Source of the DNA: Octopus vulgaris
Taxonomy: Eukaryota
NCBI GenBank assembly: GCA_951406725.2
Contig: OX597828.1
Location: 30,504,001 to 30,568,000, forward strand
DNA: 64,000 nt
Reading direction: 5' to 3'
The position numbers and the translations under genes were made by a program. Below are positions 43,733 to 54,960 of this stretch, piece after piece. The notes under the pieces are model-generated. The model was not told the origin of the DNA. It ran no database searches and saw only the letters and a program-made list of their open reading frames with translations. Every line of letters begins with the position of its first letter. The first letter of the stretch is position 1.

Positions 43733-43865
43733 ACGCCGAGGTCGACTTTGTCTTTCATGCTTTCAGGGTCAAAGAATTAATTACCAGTTATGTACTGGTG
43801 TCAATCTAATCGACTGGCCCCTTCCCCCACCAAATTTCGGGCTTTGTGTCTAGAGTAGAAAAGAA
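43733..43865 (+). mobile_element. 5'-truncated Nin/Deu-like SINE (same subtype as 937-1064)
   Basis: cgccgaggtcgactttgtctttcatgctttc...aatttcgggctttgtgtctagagtagaaaag. Confidence 0.8.
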
Positions 43866-44608
43866 TATTCTTTAATGAAATAATTTTAAATAGTGGAAGT
43901 ATTAGGTAAAAAGCATGAAATTTGTTATATTCTATTCAAGAGAAGTCAAAATAGGTAAAATATTCTTCAGCCACATATATGAAAAACATGTTTTAAAAAA
44001 TCTCTCCTATTCTATACTCCTGAAATCTATCCGACTTCATCCATGAAAACAACTAGTTTTAGGCTTTCATTTCTTATATGAAATAATTTAGCATAGTATT
44101 GGTTTGAAAAATGTTGGATATCTAGTTATTTTCTAAAACTAATCTTGCCTTTAGACTAATATGAATCTCATTAAAAAAGATTTATATATTTGGAACGATT
44201 TCAAGTAATTTGTGAAATTTTCCAAACTACTGAATGTGTCTAATTTCAGTTAAAGTATATCCCTACGCCCCAAACATTACATATGAAATTATATATTCGT
44301 CGAAAGAAAATGGTTGATTTCACTCTCCTTTTCAGTTTCAACATTTATGCGTGTATAATTTCAAGTAATTTTTATAATTTTTTTTTGTATATATTTAAAT
44401 ATTAGATGATGCATTTGTTGTCAGACTAGCAAATTCTGCTTCTGTTATTTCTGAGAAGATTCGATTCCGAAATACCATATTTAACACTTCAAGTATACAT
44501 TATAGTATTTTGTGTGACAAAGATCTCGTGATTGTTGCCATATGTATATCTATATATCTATGTGTTTATCTTCCTCACTTCTTTTCTCGCTTTCATTTCC
44601 ACTTTGTG

Positions 44609-44667
<59 letters not shown>

Positions 44668-44939
44668 GTGTGTGTATAGCTGAAGGATTAAAAGTAATCA
44701 AAGGACATATACCAAGTATGGCTACCTGCTGGAAATTACAGTCAAAACTCTTAGTTAAATCAATGAAATACACTGATAATAACTACAGAAATCAACCGTC
44801 CGAAGGCAAACGTGCTAAAGCAATCTCTCAGCATACATTCAAGTATTTGGACTCGCGTGGCTCGGTTTCTAGACTGGTATTACAGCCTCACCATCCTTAT
44901 ATTCATACTCTAAAAGCAAGATTCGTTTTCAATAATTAG

Positions 44940-45069
44940 TAGAAGTCCAGGTTTAGTCCGAATGCGTGGTATCTTGGGTAAATCTACTTTTCTAGATCCT
45001 TGGGCCGATCAAATACTTGTGAGTCGATTTAGTAAACGAAACTGAAAGAAACCCGCCGGAATATGTGTC
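44940..45069 (+). mobile_element. Degenerate head of a 13447-family SINE
   Basis: gcgtggtatcttgggtaa...gggccgatcaaatacttgtgagtcgattt...aaactgaaagaaacccg. Confidence 0.65.
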
Positions 45070-45099
45070 AATCTCAAATTGAACTTAGCATAAAATTGG

Positions 45100-45845
45100 A
45101 GAAAACCTTTCTACAGCTAGTTGTGTAATTCACCAGAGAGAAGTAGGAGTCTACATTACCATCGCCCATGTCAACCAGGGTCTTCTGATAAATCTCTTTG
45201 TTTTGTTAAATGAAGGGTAGGGGATAATCCTCCTTGCAAAGCCTCTAACAAGTTGATGTTAGTCCCAGAGCAGCTGTCAGATATTTCCACAAACTTAGAT
45301 ATCATGGCAGAGCAGCAGGAAAGAAACCATTTTTGAACCAGTCAAGATCAAGCCGAGCGAAGATCGGGTCAGTGAGATGGTGGAGAGGTCACTAGCATTT
45401 TTGGACGCCGTTATATACTCTAATGAGTCGAGATATTTTGTTTTCTGACAGTGGTTGAGTGTAGGTCGAGAGACTTTATGCTCAAGAATTTGACGTGAAA
45501 AGGTTTCAGCCAACAATAAAACACGGTAACTATTCTGTGATGAACTGTGGAGAAATTTGGAGCGATAGGGGAGTGGGATGGAAACAAAAACTCAGGCAAA
45601 TATGTCCATATTGTAGAAAGGAGTGCTTCCAATCTTCTCCATTGAGGAGATAGTTAAAGAAGCTTCTATATTTATGGAAGAGAGAGTTTCTTGTCACACG
45701 GCTAAAAAGACCCAAGATTTGTTGGAAGAGAATGGCATTAAAAAGCTTCCATTGCAAAATCAGCCACCAGATATGAACCCTATAGAACACCTCAGGGGCA
45801 TAATGGACAGGACAGTTCGTAAAAAGAACAATAAAGCATCCTTAA
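45100..45845 (+). mobile_element. Tc1-family (DD34E) transposase internal fragment
   Basis: RYHGRAAGKKPFL, VIYSNES, QPTIKHG, CHTAKKTQDLL and NQPPDMNPIEHL. Confidence 0.85.
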
Positions 45846-45846
45846 A

Positions 45847-46090
45847 TATGTATGTATCTATGTGACTGTGTATGTCTTTGTGTGTGTGTGTGTTTGTCCT
45901 CCACCACCACTATGCAACCGGTGTTGGTGTGTTTACACCCCCGTAACTTAGCCATTCGGTCAAAACATGATAGAATAAGTACTATGCTTTAAAAAATAAA
46001 TCTTGGGGGCGTCGATTTGTTCGACTGAAACACTTCAAGGAGGCGCCTCAACATGGCCACAGTCAAATGACTGAAGCAAGTAAAAGATAG
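45847..46090 (+). mobile_element. 3' half of a 13447-family SINE
   Basis: ccggtgttggtgtgtttacacccccgtaacttag...catggccacagtcaaatgactgaagcaagtaaaaga. Confidence 0.85.
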
Positions 46091-46103
46091 CTATATATAT
46101 ATA

Positions 46104-46502
46104 GCTATCAAAAAGCACAAACAAAATAGATATTGTTTTGTACAGACCATTAGCAGTAGAAATAACAGGAGATCATTTTCAAGACCTCAACAGAGATTAC
46201 CCACAAGAAACTGGACAAAAAACCGATCTAGATCTAGAAGTAAACCCAGATCATTTCTCCAGGTGGTTAAAAACAATGCTAACAAGAAATTGAAAAGTAG
46301 CATACATAATACCAAAAACAAGACAGAAAACATAACGAAACCAAGTAAAGTACCACAACCAAAACGCAAAATTCATCAAGAAAACATCAACAGGAATATA
46401 AATCATAACCAGAAAAAAATCCATTTTTTTACGTCAGGACAACAAACACCGGAGAAAGAAAAAATCCAAGAGGAAACATACCCCAAACAACTGAACGTAT
46501 AG
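46104..46502 (+). CDS. C-terminal part of a basic, R/S/K/N-rich PLE upstream ORF (5'-truncated)
   Basis: The frame of ORF 46263-46502 stays open back to the insertion junction: AIKKHKQNR...RSFSRPQQRLPTRNWTKNRSRSRSKPRSFLQVVKNN...KKIHFFTSG...*. Confidence 0.6.
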   Translation, partial: AIKKHKQNRYCFVQTISSRNNRRSFSRPQQRLPTRNWTKNRSRSRSKPRSFLQVVKNNANKKLKSSIHNTKNKTENITKPSKVPQPKRKIHQENINRNINHNQKKIHFFTSGQQTPEKEKIQEETYPKQLNV

Positions 46503-48736
46503 ATCCTAAAATAATTAATTTATCAAAAAGAGATCTTGACAATGATGAAATCCAACTTCTGTCAAAAGGACTGAAATTCACACCTACACCAACAGCCAAC
46601 CACCAAGAATTAAAGGAGGATATCCAAAAATTCTGTCGAAAATTACGACTTGTAGAATTCTTCGCTAACAAAAGTAATGAGATTGATGAATCCCTAGTAA
46701 GGAATAAATCAAATTTCACCCCACCAAAAGGAAGAAATAACTACCTTGACCAATACATTGATATCCTGTCTAAATTTCCCCTTAGACGCAATACCAATGT
46801 TAGGCCAAACATTAGCAAATCAGAGATGTCTGCATGTAAACGTATACAAAACGATCAAACAATAATAATTAAACAAGCAGATAAAGGTGGTGCAATTGTT
46901 ATTATGGATACCGAATACTATAAGGATTTGGTTGAAGACCAACTGAAGGATACAACCTTCTATTGTGAAATACCCGCAAATATAGACCACCACATCATGA
47001 AAAAGATCAACAACCTGATTTCAACACACCACAACTCACTTACGGATAATGAAAAAGACTACATCACCAATTTTGAACCAAAACCCAGCAACTTCTACGG
47101 CTTACCAAAAATACACAAATCAAAAAACATTCAACAGGCAGTAAAAGAACAAGAAAGTGAGTACATAAAATTATTACATCCAAAAGACCTAAAACTTAGA
47201 CCTATTATAGCTGGTCCAGCATGCCCTACACACCGTCTAAGCAATTTTATTGACATTGTTTTGAAACCACTATGTACTTACATACCAAGTTTCATCAGGG
47301 ATGACATCGACTTCCTGTCCCATCTTCCCAAAACAACAGAAACAAATTCAGTTTTGCTAAGTTTTGATGTGGTAAGCCTCTACACCAATATTCCACACGA
47401 TTTAGGAATAAAGGCGATTAAATACTGGTTAGAAAAACATAGAGAAGTGATTCCCAGCAGATTCACAGTGCCATTTATATTAGACACAGTCAAACTTATT
47501 CTAGAAAATAACACATTCTTCTTCAATGGAAAGAATTACATCCAAATTAGAGGCACGGCGATGGGAACGAGGTTTGCTCCCGTTTACGCCAACTCTGTAA
47601 TGGGATACTTAGAAGAACAACTCTACCAAGAGGTGGAGGTAAACTATGGCACTGGATTTAGAAAGTATATTGAAAAGGCATGGAAGAGATACCTAGACGA
47701 CTGTTTCATAATCTGGACAGAATCTCTAAATACTCTGGAAGAGTTCAATATCCTCCTGAACAACCTACACCCATCTCTCAAATTTACAAAGGAGATGAGT
47801 AGTACCAAATTACCATTCCTGGATATAATGGTAATTAAAAAAGACACCACCATCACCACAGATATATACTATAAACACACAGACACACATCAATACCTAA
47901 ATTTTAAGTCGTGCCATCCACCACATACAAAACGTAACATCCCATACTGCCTAGCCAGAAGAATTTGTACTATTGTAGAAGATGCAAATATCAGGAACAA
48001 ACGCCTAATAGAACTAAGAGAATTTTTGCTCAAACAAAAATACCCATCTCTACTTATAGAAAATGGCATACAGCGGGCTATAAAAATACCTATACAACAA
48101 CTTAGGACGACCCAAGGAAGAGGAAAACAAGAACAAGTCATACCATTCATAGTGACACACAACCCATGTCACCAGAATATCTTCAACATTGCCAAAGCAA
48201 ACCTTCCAATCATTGCCCAAAGTAATGAATTAAAAGACATAATCAAGGATCGAGCTATGGTGCTTAGTAAAAGACAGCCTAAAAACTTGAAAACATTACT
48301 AACAAAGGCAAAATTTGACCTCAGCAACAAAGACCAAACATTCACGGTATCTAAATGCAATGATAGCCGATGTGGCACATGCCAATTCATACATACCGGT
48401 CAATATATAAACACAAAAACCGGGAAAATATTCACAAACGCGAATATGAACTGCAAAAGCAGAAATTTAATTTACTGCATCAAATGCCCAAATTGTGAAG
48501 AAATATATGTAGGTCAGACGGGAAACGCACTATTAGAACGCTCACGTGTACACCGGCAACAGATTAGAGACCCAGAGGTCCGTCAGATACCTTTGAGTAA
48601 CCACCTAGCAACATGTGGTCGGAAAATATATATAATATTTCCATTCTACAAATTACACAGCCCAAGTGAAATCGAGAGGAAAATCAGAGAAAAGAATTTT
48701 ATTGATAAATTCGAACCCAAGCTAAATAAGCAATAA
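46409..48736 (+). CDS. PLE polyprotein: N-terminal domain, reverse transcriptase, Zn linker and GIY-YIG endonuclease (stop-to-stop frame; first ATG at 46826)
   Basis: The frame is open after TAA 46406-46408. Motifs: IINLS, LLSKGLKFTPTP, ADKG, FYGLPKIHK, RPII, DVVSLYTNIPH, GTAMGTRFAP, RYLDD, FLD, SCHP, CNDSRCGTC and LIYCIKCPNCEEIYVGQT. Confidence 0.95.
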   Translation, partial: PEKNPFFYVRTTNTGERKNPRGNIPQTTERIDPKIINLSKRDLDNDEIQLLSKGLKFTPTPTANHQELKEDIQKFCRKLRLVEFFANKSNEIDESLVRNKSNFTPPKGRNNYLDQYIDILSKFPLRRNTNVRPNISKSEMSACKRIQNDQTIIIKQADKGGAIVIMDTEYYKDLVEDQLKDTTFYCEIPANIDHHIMKKINNLISTHHNSLTDNEKDYITNFEPKPSNFYGLPKIHKSKNIQQAVKEQESEYIKLLHPKDLKLRPIIAGPACPTHRLSNFIDIVLKPLCTYIPSFIRDDIDFLSHLPKTTETNSVLLSFDVVSLYTNIPHDLGIKAIKYWLEKHREVIPSRFTVPFILDTVKLILENNTFFFNGKNYIQIRGTAMGTRFAPVYANSVMGYLEEQLYQEVEVNYGTGFRKYIEKAWKRYLDDCFIIWTESLNTLEEFNILLNNLHPSLKFTKEMSSTKLPFLDIMVIKKDTTITTDIYYKHTDTHQYLNFKSCHPPHTKRNIPYCLARRICTIVEDANIRNKRLIELREFLLKQKYPSLLIENGIQRAIKIPIQQLRTTQGRGKQEQVIPFIVTHNPCHQNIFNIAKANLPIIAQSNELKDIIKDRAMVLSKRQPKNLKTLLTKAKFDLSNKDQTFTVSKCNDSRCGTCQFIHTGQYINTKTGKIFTNANMNCKSRNLIYCIKCPNCEEIYVGQTGNALLERSRVHRQQIRDPEVRQIPLSNHLATCGRKIYIIFPFYKLHSPSEIERKIREKNFIDKFEPKLNKQ

Positions 48737-49051
48737 TAATAATACTTAGAGGTATTACTTCCACTGCTACGACCATGACCACTAACAACAACAACAATAC
48801 TAAAGGTGATCAAGACGAAGATAGCAGGAAAATTATCTTATTTAGGGTTAAAAGTTCTATTGCCACCACCATCACCACTAGCAACAATAATTAAGGTGCT
48901 GACAATGATGATGATGACAATTGAAATATAAAAATATAAAAATCTCTGACAAAGGATATTTACAACATTTCTAAAAATAACCCAACAATTGCTGCTTCGG
49001 CCAGGGTCAAGATACAGGACTCTTGACCTGTCCAACAAAGCGTGATGCCTA

Positions 49052-49150
49052 AACCAATCAGCTCAACCAACCAATCAGCTTAAGTAATTGAGTGATACTA
49101 CACACTGATTGGTCAGAATACAGTTTGCAAAACCCAGCTGTATTTATAGC
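49052..49150 (+). promoter_or_regulatory. Candidate Pol II promoter in the PLE pLTR: CCAAT boxes plus TATA-like box
   Basis: aaccaatcagct at 49052-49063 and 49069-49080; inverted ctgattggt at 49105-49113; tatttatag at 49141. Confidence 0.5.
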
Positions 49151-49211
49151 ACAGAATCACTCATCTTGCTACAGTCAAAAATTGTGAAGCATGACTGTCA
49201 ACACTACTACA

Positions 49212-49256
49212 TGAACCCGAAGATTGCAGAATTCAATGCATGAAAGTACTAGTTCA
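49212..49256 (+). ncRNA. Minimal type I hammerhead ribozyme (U4C core variant) of the PLE
   Basis: tgaac-CCGAAGA-t-tgca(gaattcaa)tgca-t-GAAA-gtac-TA-gttca: perfect 5-bp stem I and palindromic stem III. Confidence 0.8.
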
Positions 49257-49433
49257 ATCAGAATGAATATTTAACATTCTACTATTTCATTTTATTTTAT
49301 TCAATTATAATATATTATCTTATAATATATCATTATAAGACTGTAAATAAAACGTGAAAATCAGACAAGGTTGGAATTCTTTTTATTAATATATTCTTCT
49401 ATACACAATCACACACACCCATATATATATATA

Positions 49434-49486
<53 letters not shown>

Positions 49487-51435
49487 TATATGTATATATA
49501 TATATATATGTGAGAGGGTGGGGTGTCCCTGTGTGTGTGTGATTTCAAATCTTGAATCCCGAAGAGTTTCAGATATATTGGTTTGTACATCATTCCGTTG
49601 CGAATTCATTATTTAAACGCTTTGGATTTGGATATATTTTTTTAATCCAAATTATTTTCGAAACTGAAATTGTATCAAAAATGTATGTTTGTGGTTGTGA
49701 GTTAACGTTCAACTAAGCGCTACTAGGAATTTTAATCAATAATATGATGATAAAATAGACTCAATTCAATTAATCTCTTGTTATTTAAACATATTTCACT
49801 GAGTAATTGATGAACTTAATTGCAGTATTACACCTCAAATTTATTAATCTGGTATACAGTAGTCTCTTCAAACAGGTATTTCTTTAGAAACGTGGTACAC
49901 TTTTATATGCGAAGATGAGTTAAAGTTTTTCGTTCATGACGCTTCCAATGATTTGAAACATACCACCTAATTAAACAGAAAATAAAACAATTACAGTGAT
50001 GTAATTACAACTTTTACATTTTGGGAAAATGAGTTTGAACCTAATATATTTTTGTTATGGTGGCAGAGAATACTAACTGTGGAAACTTGTATTTTGCCAC
50101 AAATTAGTTTATATTTCCTTAATTGGTAGATTTAGTTGATCCTTTTAACGTCTGTGAGTGTAAAGATTCGTATTTGAGAAATGATAAACATATATTCTGG
50201 AATTGATCAAAAAAGAATACATCCGGCCTATAATGTATTTCATGAAATTAACAATTTCTATATCCATAAGTACTCTAATTTTTAGGACGATCTCTCCTAC
50301 TGAATCTTCTCTGACATAATTCCAGGTGTTATTACGACTATTCCGACGGAGCGGTTTTAGTGTGCATGTTAAAGATCCTCGTTTCTATTCCGATTTGCGA
50401 ATTAGGATGCCTATAAATATTTTCCACTAGTGTATAACTGTATCGTATCTGCAGGTATTTCATTTAATAAATATTGGACAATACTATATTTGTATTTGAC
50501 GTTTCAATTCAAACGTTGTGTGTTTTTAAATGCTTTTGCTGTAGTATTTGATCAGGGACAACGTATTCTGTTCTGTAAGATTTAAATACAATCATTTTAT
50601 TCGTTTCTTCTTAAATTAGTGAGAATACGCAAAGTTTTTTTTATTTTAACTAAATGGGAAATTTAATTATGTTATCAAAGAAATTGAAAATGTAATTTTC
50701 TGTTTCGTATTGTAGAAAAGATCTATATAATTTTAATGAAACATTTCAATTACTTGAATACTTCTCTAAACTTAATCGAAAATTGCACAGAATAACGTTT
50801 ATTAAACGATTCATTATACTCATGGATTTCATTTTATTCATATACGTGGTCAACGATATAATTATGGATAATATTTCAATAATCAATTATTTATTAATCA
50901 AAGCCAAAATATAAAAACTTTCAAAAACTTCATCCTAAATTGCCTTATACATACGATTGATCGGTAACGACTTTCTTATGTACACATCACTTCGTTTTGG
51001 GGGTCCACACATTTCCCAAATTTTCTCATAGTTCTAGATCGACTCAGAGAACTACAGATGGTGCCTATGTATTTATTTTCGCTGAAAACAGAAACATAGA
51101 GCGTAGAACTGGCAAACGAGTACTACACGTGTATCAAAATAGTTAAATCAGCGAGGTCATCAACAGATAAAGCAATAATAGATTATTCGTCTATCGACAA
51201 TATTCTATATGTAGGAAAATTGAGGAAAAATTTTGTGAAAGGCTTTGAGAATAAGAATATTTGTAATCGGTGGAAAATACTTTTCCTGCTAAAACGCCTT
51301 AACACATGATGCTACTTTGAATCGAAAAGTTACGTAACATACAAATATAGTGGTTTATTAGTATGCAGTTGGTATATATATAGCACTATAATACGATAAC
51401 AATAAGCAAACTGTACACCCACTGCACACACACAC

Positions 51436-51481
<46 letters not shown>

Positions 51482-52450
51482 AGAGAGGGACAAAGAACAT
51501 GAAAGAAAGGACGAGATATTAATATATGTTTATAATATACACAGGGGGAGATATACGGTTATAATAATACTGAAATGCCAAAATGTAAGCTTGATGGTTA
51601 TTGAAACTGCATATATTTTTATGTGTAGATCACTTGCCTCCAAATGAAAAGCAGATTAATGTAGTTCTGAACCAACGGAAGATAAAAACTTTGATATAGA
51701 TTATAAATTTCTGGTTTATAAACTAATACATAAATTACGTCGGTAATAATTAAATATTTGGATAAATTAGCGGTTTCAAAATATTGATGTTTAAAATGTT
51801 GCATATTAGCCTGGAGAAAATTTCTCAATGATGAATAACGAAAGTAAGATTAGAGAAAAATACGATCACAGATCTAAGGAATAAAGTCTAGCAGTTTTTT
51901 TTTACCTCTCAAAATATGGATTGTATATTAACTTTCACTTGATGCCATAAATTCAATATTTGAATTTCAGATGTCATATTAACTTCTTAAAATGTTATCT
52001 GTCTTCCATTGTTATGTGAAAAGTACAGATATGACGTTGAATTCTTCAAATAAATAAATAAATTAGTTTGTTCTTACAATAAGTGAAATACAAAAATCAT
52101 TGAAATATGAAAAATATTTCCATATAGTTTAGGTATTTATAACACGCTGGTTCTTTGCAATATACAAACTTCATCCAGATATATGTTCCAAACTGTATCG
52201 TTTATCAAATATAACCAAGATTCCATAAAACTCATACACACAAATATATGTATATATGCATATACAGAAATGTATGTATATATATATATATATATATATT
52301 TGGTGAAATAGAAAGATGAATAATCTTGTGCAGATTAATCAAAAGTTTAACCGATACCTTGGTAGCAAAAATCACAGCAGAAGAAAGCACGGTTGGAGGT
52401 ACCACCATATGGTGTTGCAACCGTGCGTTGGTGCGGATAATTGAATTTTA

Positions 52451-52645
52451 ATATTATTAGTGAATTGAAGAAATGGATTTGAACGAAGATTGAACAGAAA
52501 TCCTTTTATTGCATTCTAAACGTGTTTCGAAAGCCACAATTTACCAAATTCCGAATTTGGCAAATTGTGGCTTTCGAAACACGTGTAGAATGCAATAAAA
52601 GGATTTCTGTTCAATCTTCGTTCAACTCCATTTCTTCAATTCACT

Positions 52646-52653
<8 letters not shown>
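52451..52653. repeat. 203-bp near-perfect palindrome centred at 52552
   Basis: atattattagtgaattgaagaaatgga...ccaaattc-c-gaatttgg...tccatttcttcaattcactaataatat; about 3 mismatches. Confidence 0.97.
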
Positions 52654-52735
<82 letters not shown>

Positions 52736-52763
52736 TGTGTGTGTGTGCGCGTGTGTGTGTGTA

Positions 52764-52801
<38 letters not shown>

Positions 52802-52804
52802 CAT

Positions 52805-53093
52805 ATGTAAGAATTTTTTGAGTAATAAGATAAAAACCCAATGTTGTGTAGATAATCGAACATTTATAGATAGAAGTTCTTACAGCTGTTTCCAGGATAT
52901 TTATTAATTATATCCATTCATCGGAGACGGTGTGAGAAGATGGTTAAGTAATACTTAATTTAGATAGGATACAAAATAGAGAGTGAGGTGGAGGAAAGAA
53001 AATAGATGTGATATATGTAGGCGTATTGAAGTTGTAGATCCATTTTTTAGGCAGAATGGAATATATGTAAGATTCCAATACCTTATGAGTAAA

Positions 53094-53156
<63 letters not shown>

Positions 53157-54960
53157 TTAGAGAGAGGTGTTGTCTATATAGAATACACTTCGAAGTACTC
53201 AAGAGATTTGAACTTCAGCTGGTAGATAAGTAAATGTAATGAGAAGCAAGTTCGGTAAGTCGATTTACACCGAATATTAAATAGATTCAATAGAAAAACT
53301 ATACATGTGTATTGAAATAGAATAATCCGACGTACAGAATATAAATGATATGAGGAGTTAAATGTGTAGATTTTACGAGCCCAGTAGCTGTTTGTGGGGG
53401 GCTCGGTGGTCCGGAATAATGATAATTACTTGGATCCATCACCAGATAACACTGCCTCTCTTTCAGGGGAGAAAGTTATATTTGAGAATTTTATATTTGA
53501 GGATTTGACAGGATGGAGTTTAGAGAAAGAATGATTTTGTGGGGAATTGTGTTAAGAGGGGGAGTTGAGGGTGTTTAGATAGAGAGTATTGGGAGGAGAA
53601 AATAGATTTCAGGGTTAGGGTTAATAACGAGGCTAGTGATAGTAGTAGATGCGGAAGTTGGGAGGAAGAGAGAAGGGTTGTTCTAGTAGTATGTGAGAGA
53701 TAACTTTGTAATAGATTGTATGGCTGTTGTAGAGTTAAAGATTGAGATAGTGAAAAGGGTTTATTATTGATTGGGCAAAATGATTTGTCTTGTTCAGTAG
53801 CTAAAGGGGGGCGGGGTGGGTGTGCTAAGTGGGGAAGTGGCTGATTTGAAGATTTGAAAGAAATTTGAGATGTGGGTATGATAAGAAATTAGATGATGGG
53901 GGTCGGGTGGTTAGTTGGCTGCAAGGCTGACTTTCGTTTAGATTAAGGTTTTCTCGGTATGGAAACCTATAAAATCATACAGATTTAGCAAAGTGCATGA
54001 AAGTTAAGTAGTATCTATTGAGTAATGAGGAATTGGGAATGCGAAGAATAATGATTCTTTTAGACTTAACTTACACTTACCGATATTTACATTGTATGGG
54101 GGAACTTCACTTACTATGGACCAGAATAGGGTGTATAGGATAGTTTGCCATTTGAGATTATGTATGTATTTTGCTAAAGTGGTAGATATTTTAGACTTAT
54201 GGATTAGTGAAAGAGTAGCAGCGCTTGAAATTTTGCGGGATCTTATAACACGTCACCTGTACATCACAGAAGCATGCCAGGGGGCATCATTTACATGCCC
54301 GACAGCTGCAATTTTTTTTTACCGGCTTCATGTTGGGGTTTACTACTAGCGAGCTTTATTGGTTTCTTGCTACTGAGGAGAACCTAAATTATTATTTGTA
54401 TTTGTATTGGAGTTGGATGTGGTATCGGAGGAAGTATTTGCTACCGCATAGGCAGTATTGCAGGATCTTGGTTTCAGTTTGGTCTCATTTAATTCAGGCG
54501 GGTTATTAAGGATTGTGTTATTGCTAGTACGTGGACTAACTTGGGGTGCAGTGTGGGAGTTTAGGTGTTCAGAGGACTGATGCTGGAGTTTGTGTGTTTT
54601 CGAGGAGGCGATTATGGATCCTAAATTAGGTGTGGTAGAGTAGAAGATTTTCACGGACGATTTGTTAAAGATGAGATAGTATTTATGTTGTATTGGAAAA
54701 TTAGATTTTAGAAATTTAAACAAGAATTTAGGTACAGATTTCACTTGGAGATAGAAGGGCGATGCAAACCATGCTATTCTAGGCTTCTTGGCTTTAGATT
54801 GTTTAGTGTGTAGTTGTAGTGGTATGATGTGAAGGGGGGTGCTTGTAGTTGTTATAGGCTCGGGGTGGCCACTCGTGTAGTCGAGTACGTTGTGTAAGGT
54901 TTTTTTTTGTGGAGTCGTTGGATTGGTGTAGAGTGAAAGCAGTGTCCGTAGTATTGCAGA
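52805..54960 (-). mobile_element. Degenerate Penelope-like element (linker, GIY-YIG C-terminus, long 3' region and hammerhead)
   Basis: IAWFASPFYLQVKSVPKFL...NFPIQHKYYLIFNKSSVKIFYSTTPNLGSIIAS; STTLAKYIHNLK...WSIVSEVPPYNVNIGKCKLSLKE. Confidence 0.8.
52878..52927 (-). ncRNA. Type I hammerhead ribozyme motif (U4C core variant)
   Basis: tct-CCGATGA-at-ggatat(aattaataa)atatcc-tg-GAAA-cagctg-TA-aga; palindromic stem III. Confidence 0.78.

Larger units (their letters stand above)
46102..49352 (+). mobile_element. Penelope-like retroelement (endonuclease-positive), 5'-truncated, with 3' pLTR-like region
   Basis: Basic ORF1 remnant, then an intact RT-GIY-YIG frame, then a 3' region with CCAAT/TATA motifs, a hammerhead and AATAAA. 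Confidence 0.93.

Noticed and set aside
46826-48736. Selenoprotein (Naiad-like) recoding, or a bacterial retron/group II intron RT
   Set aside because: There is no in-frame TGA, and the motifs plus C-terminal GIY-YIG are PLE-type in a eukaryotic repeat context.
50285-50455. Possible host exon between AG and GT signals
   Set aside because: All three frames hit stops and none gives a recognisable peptide.
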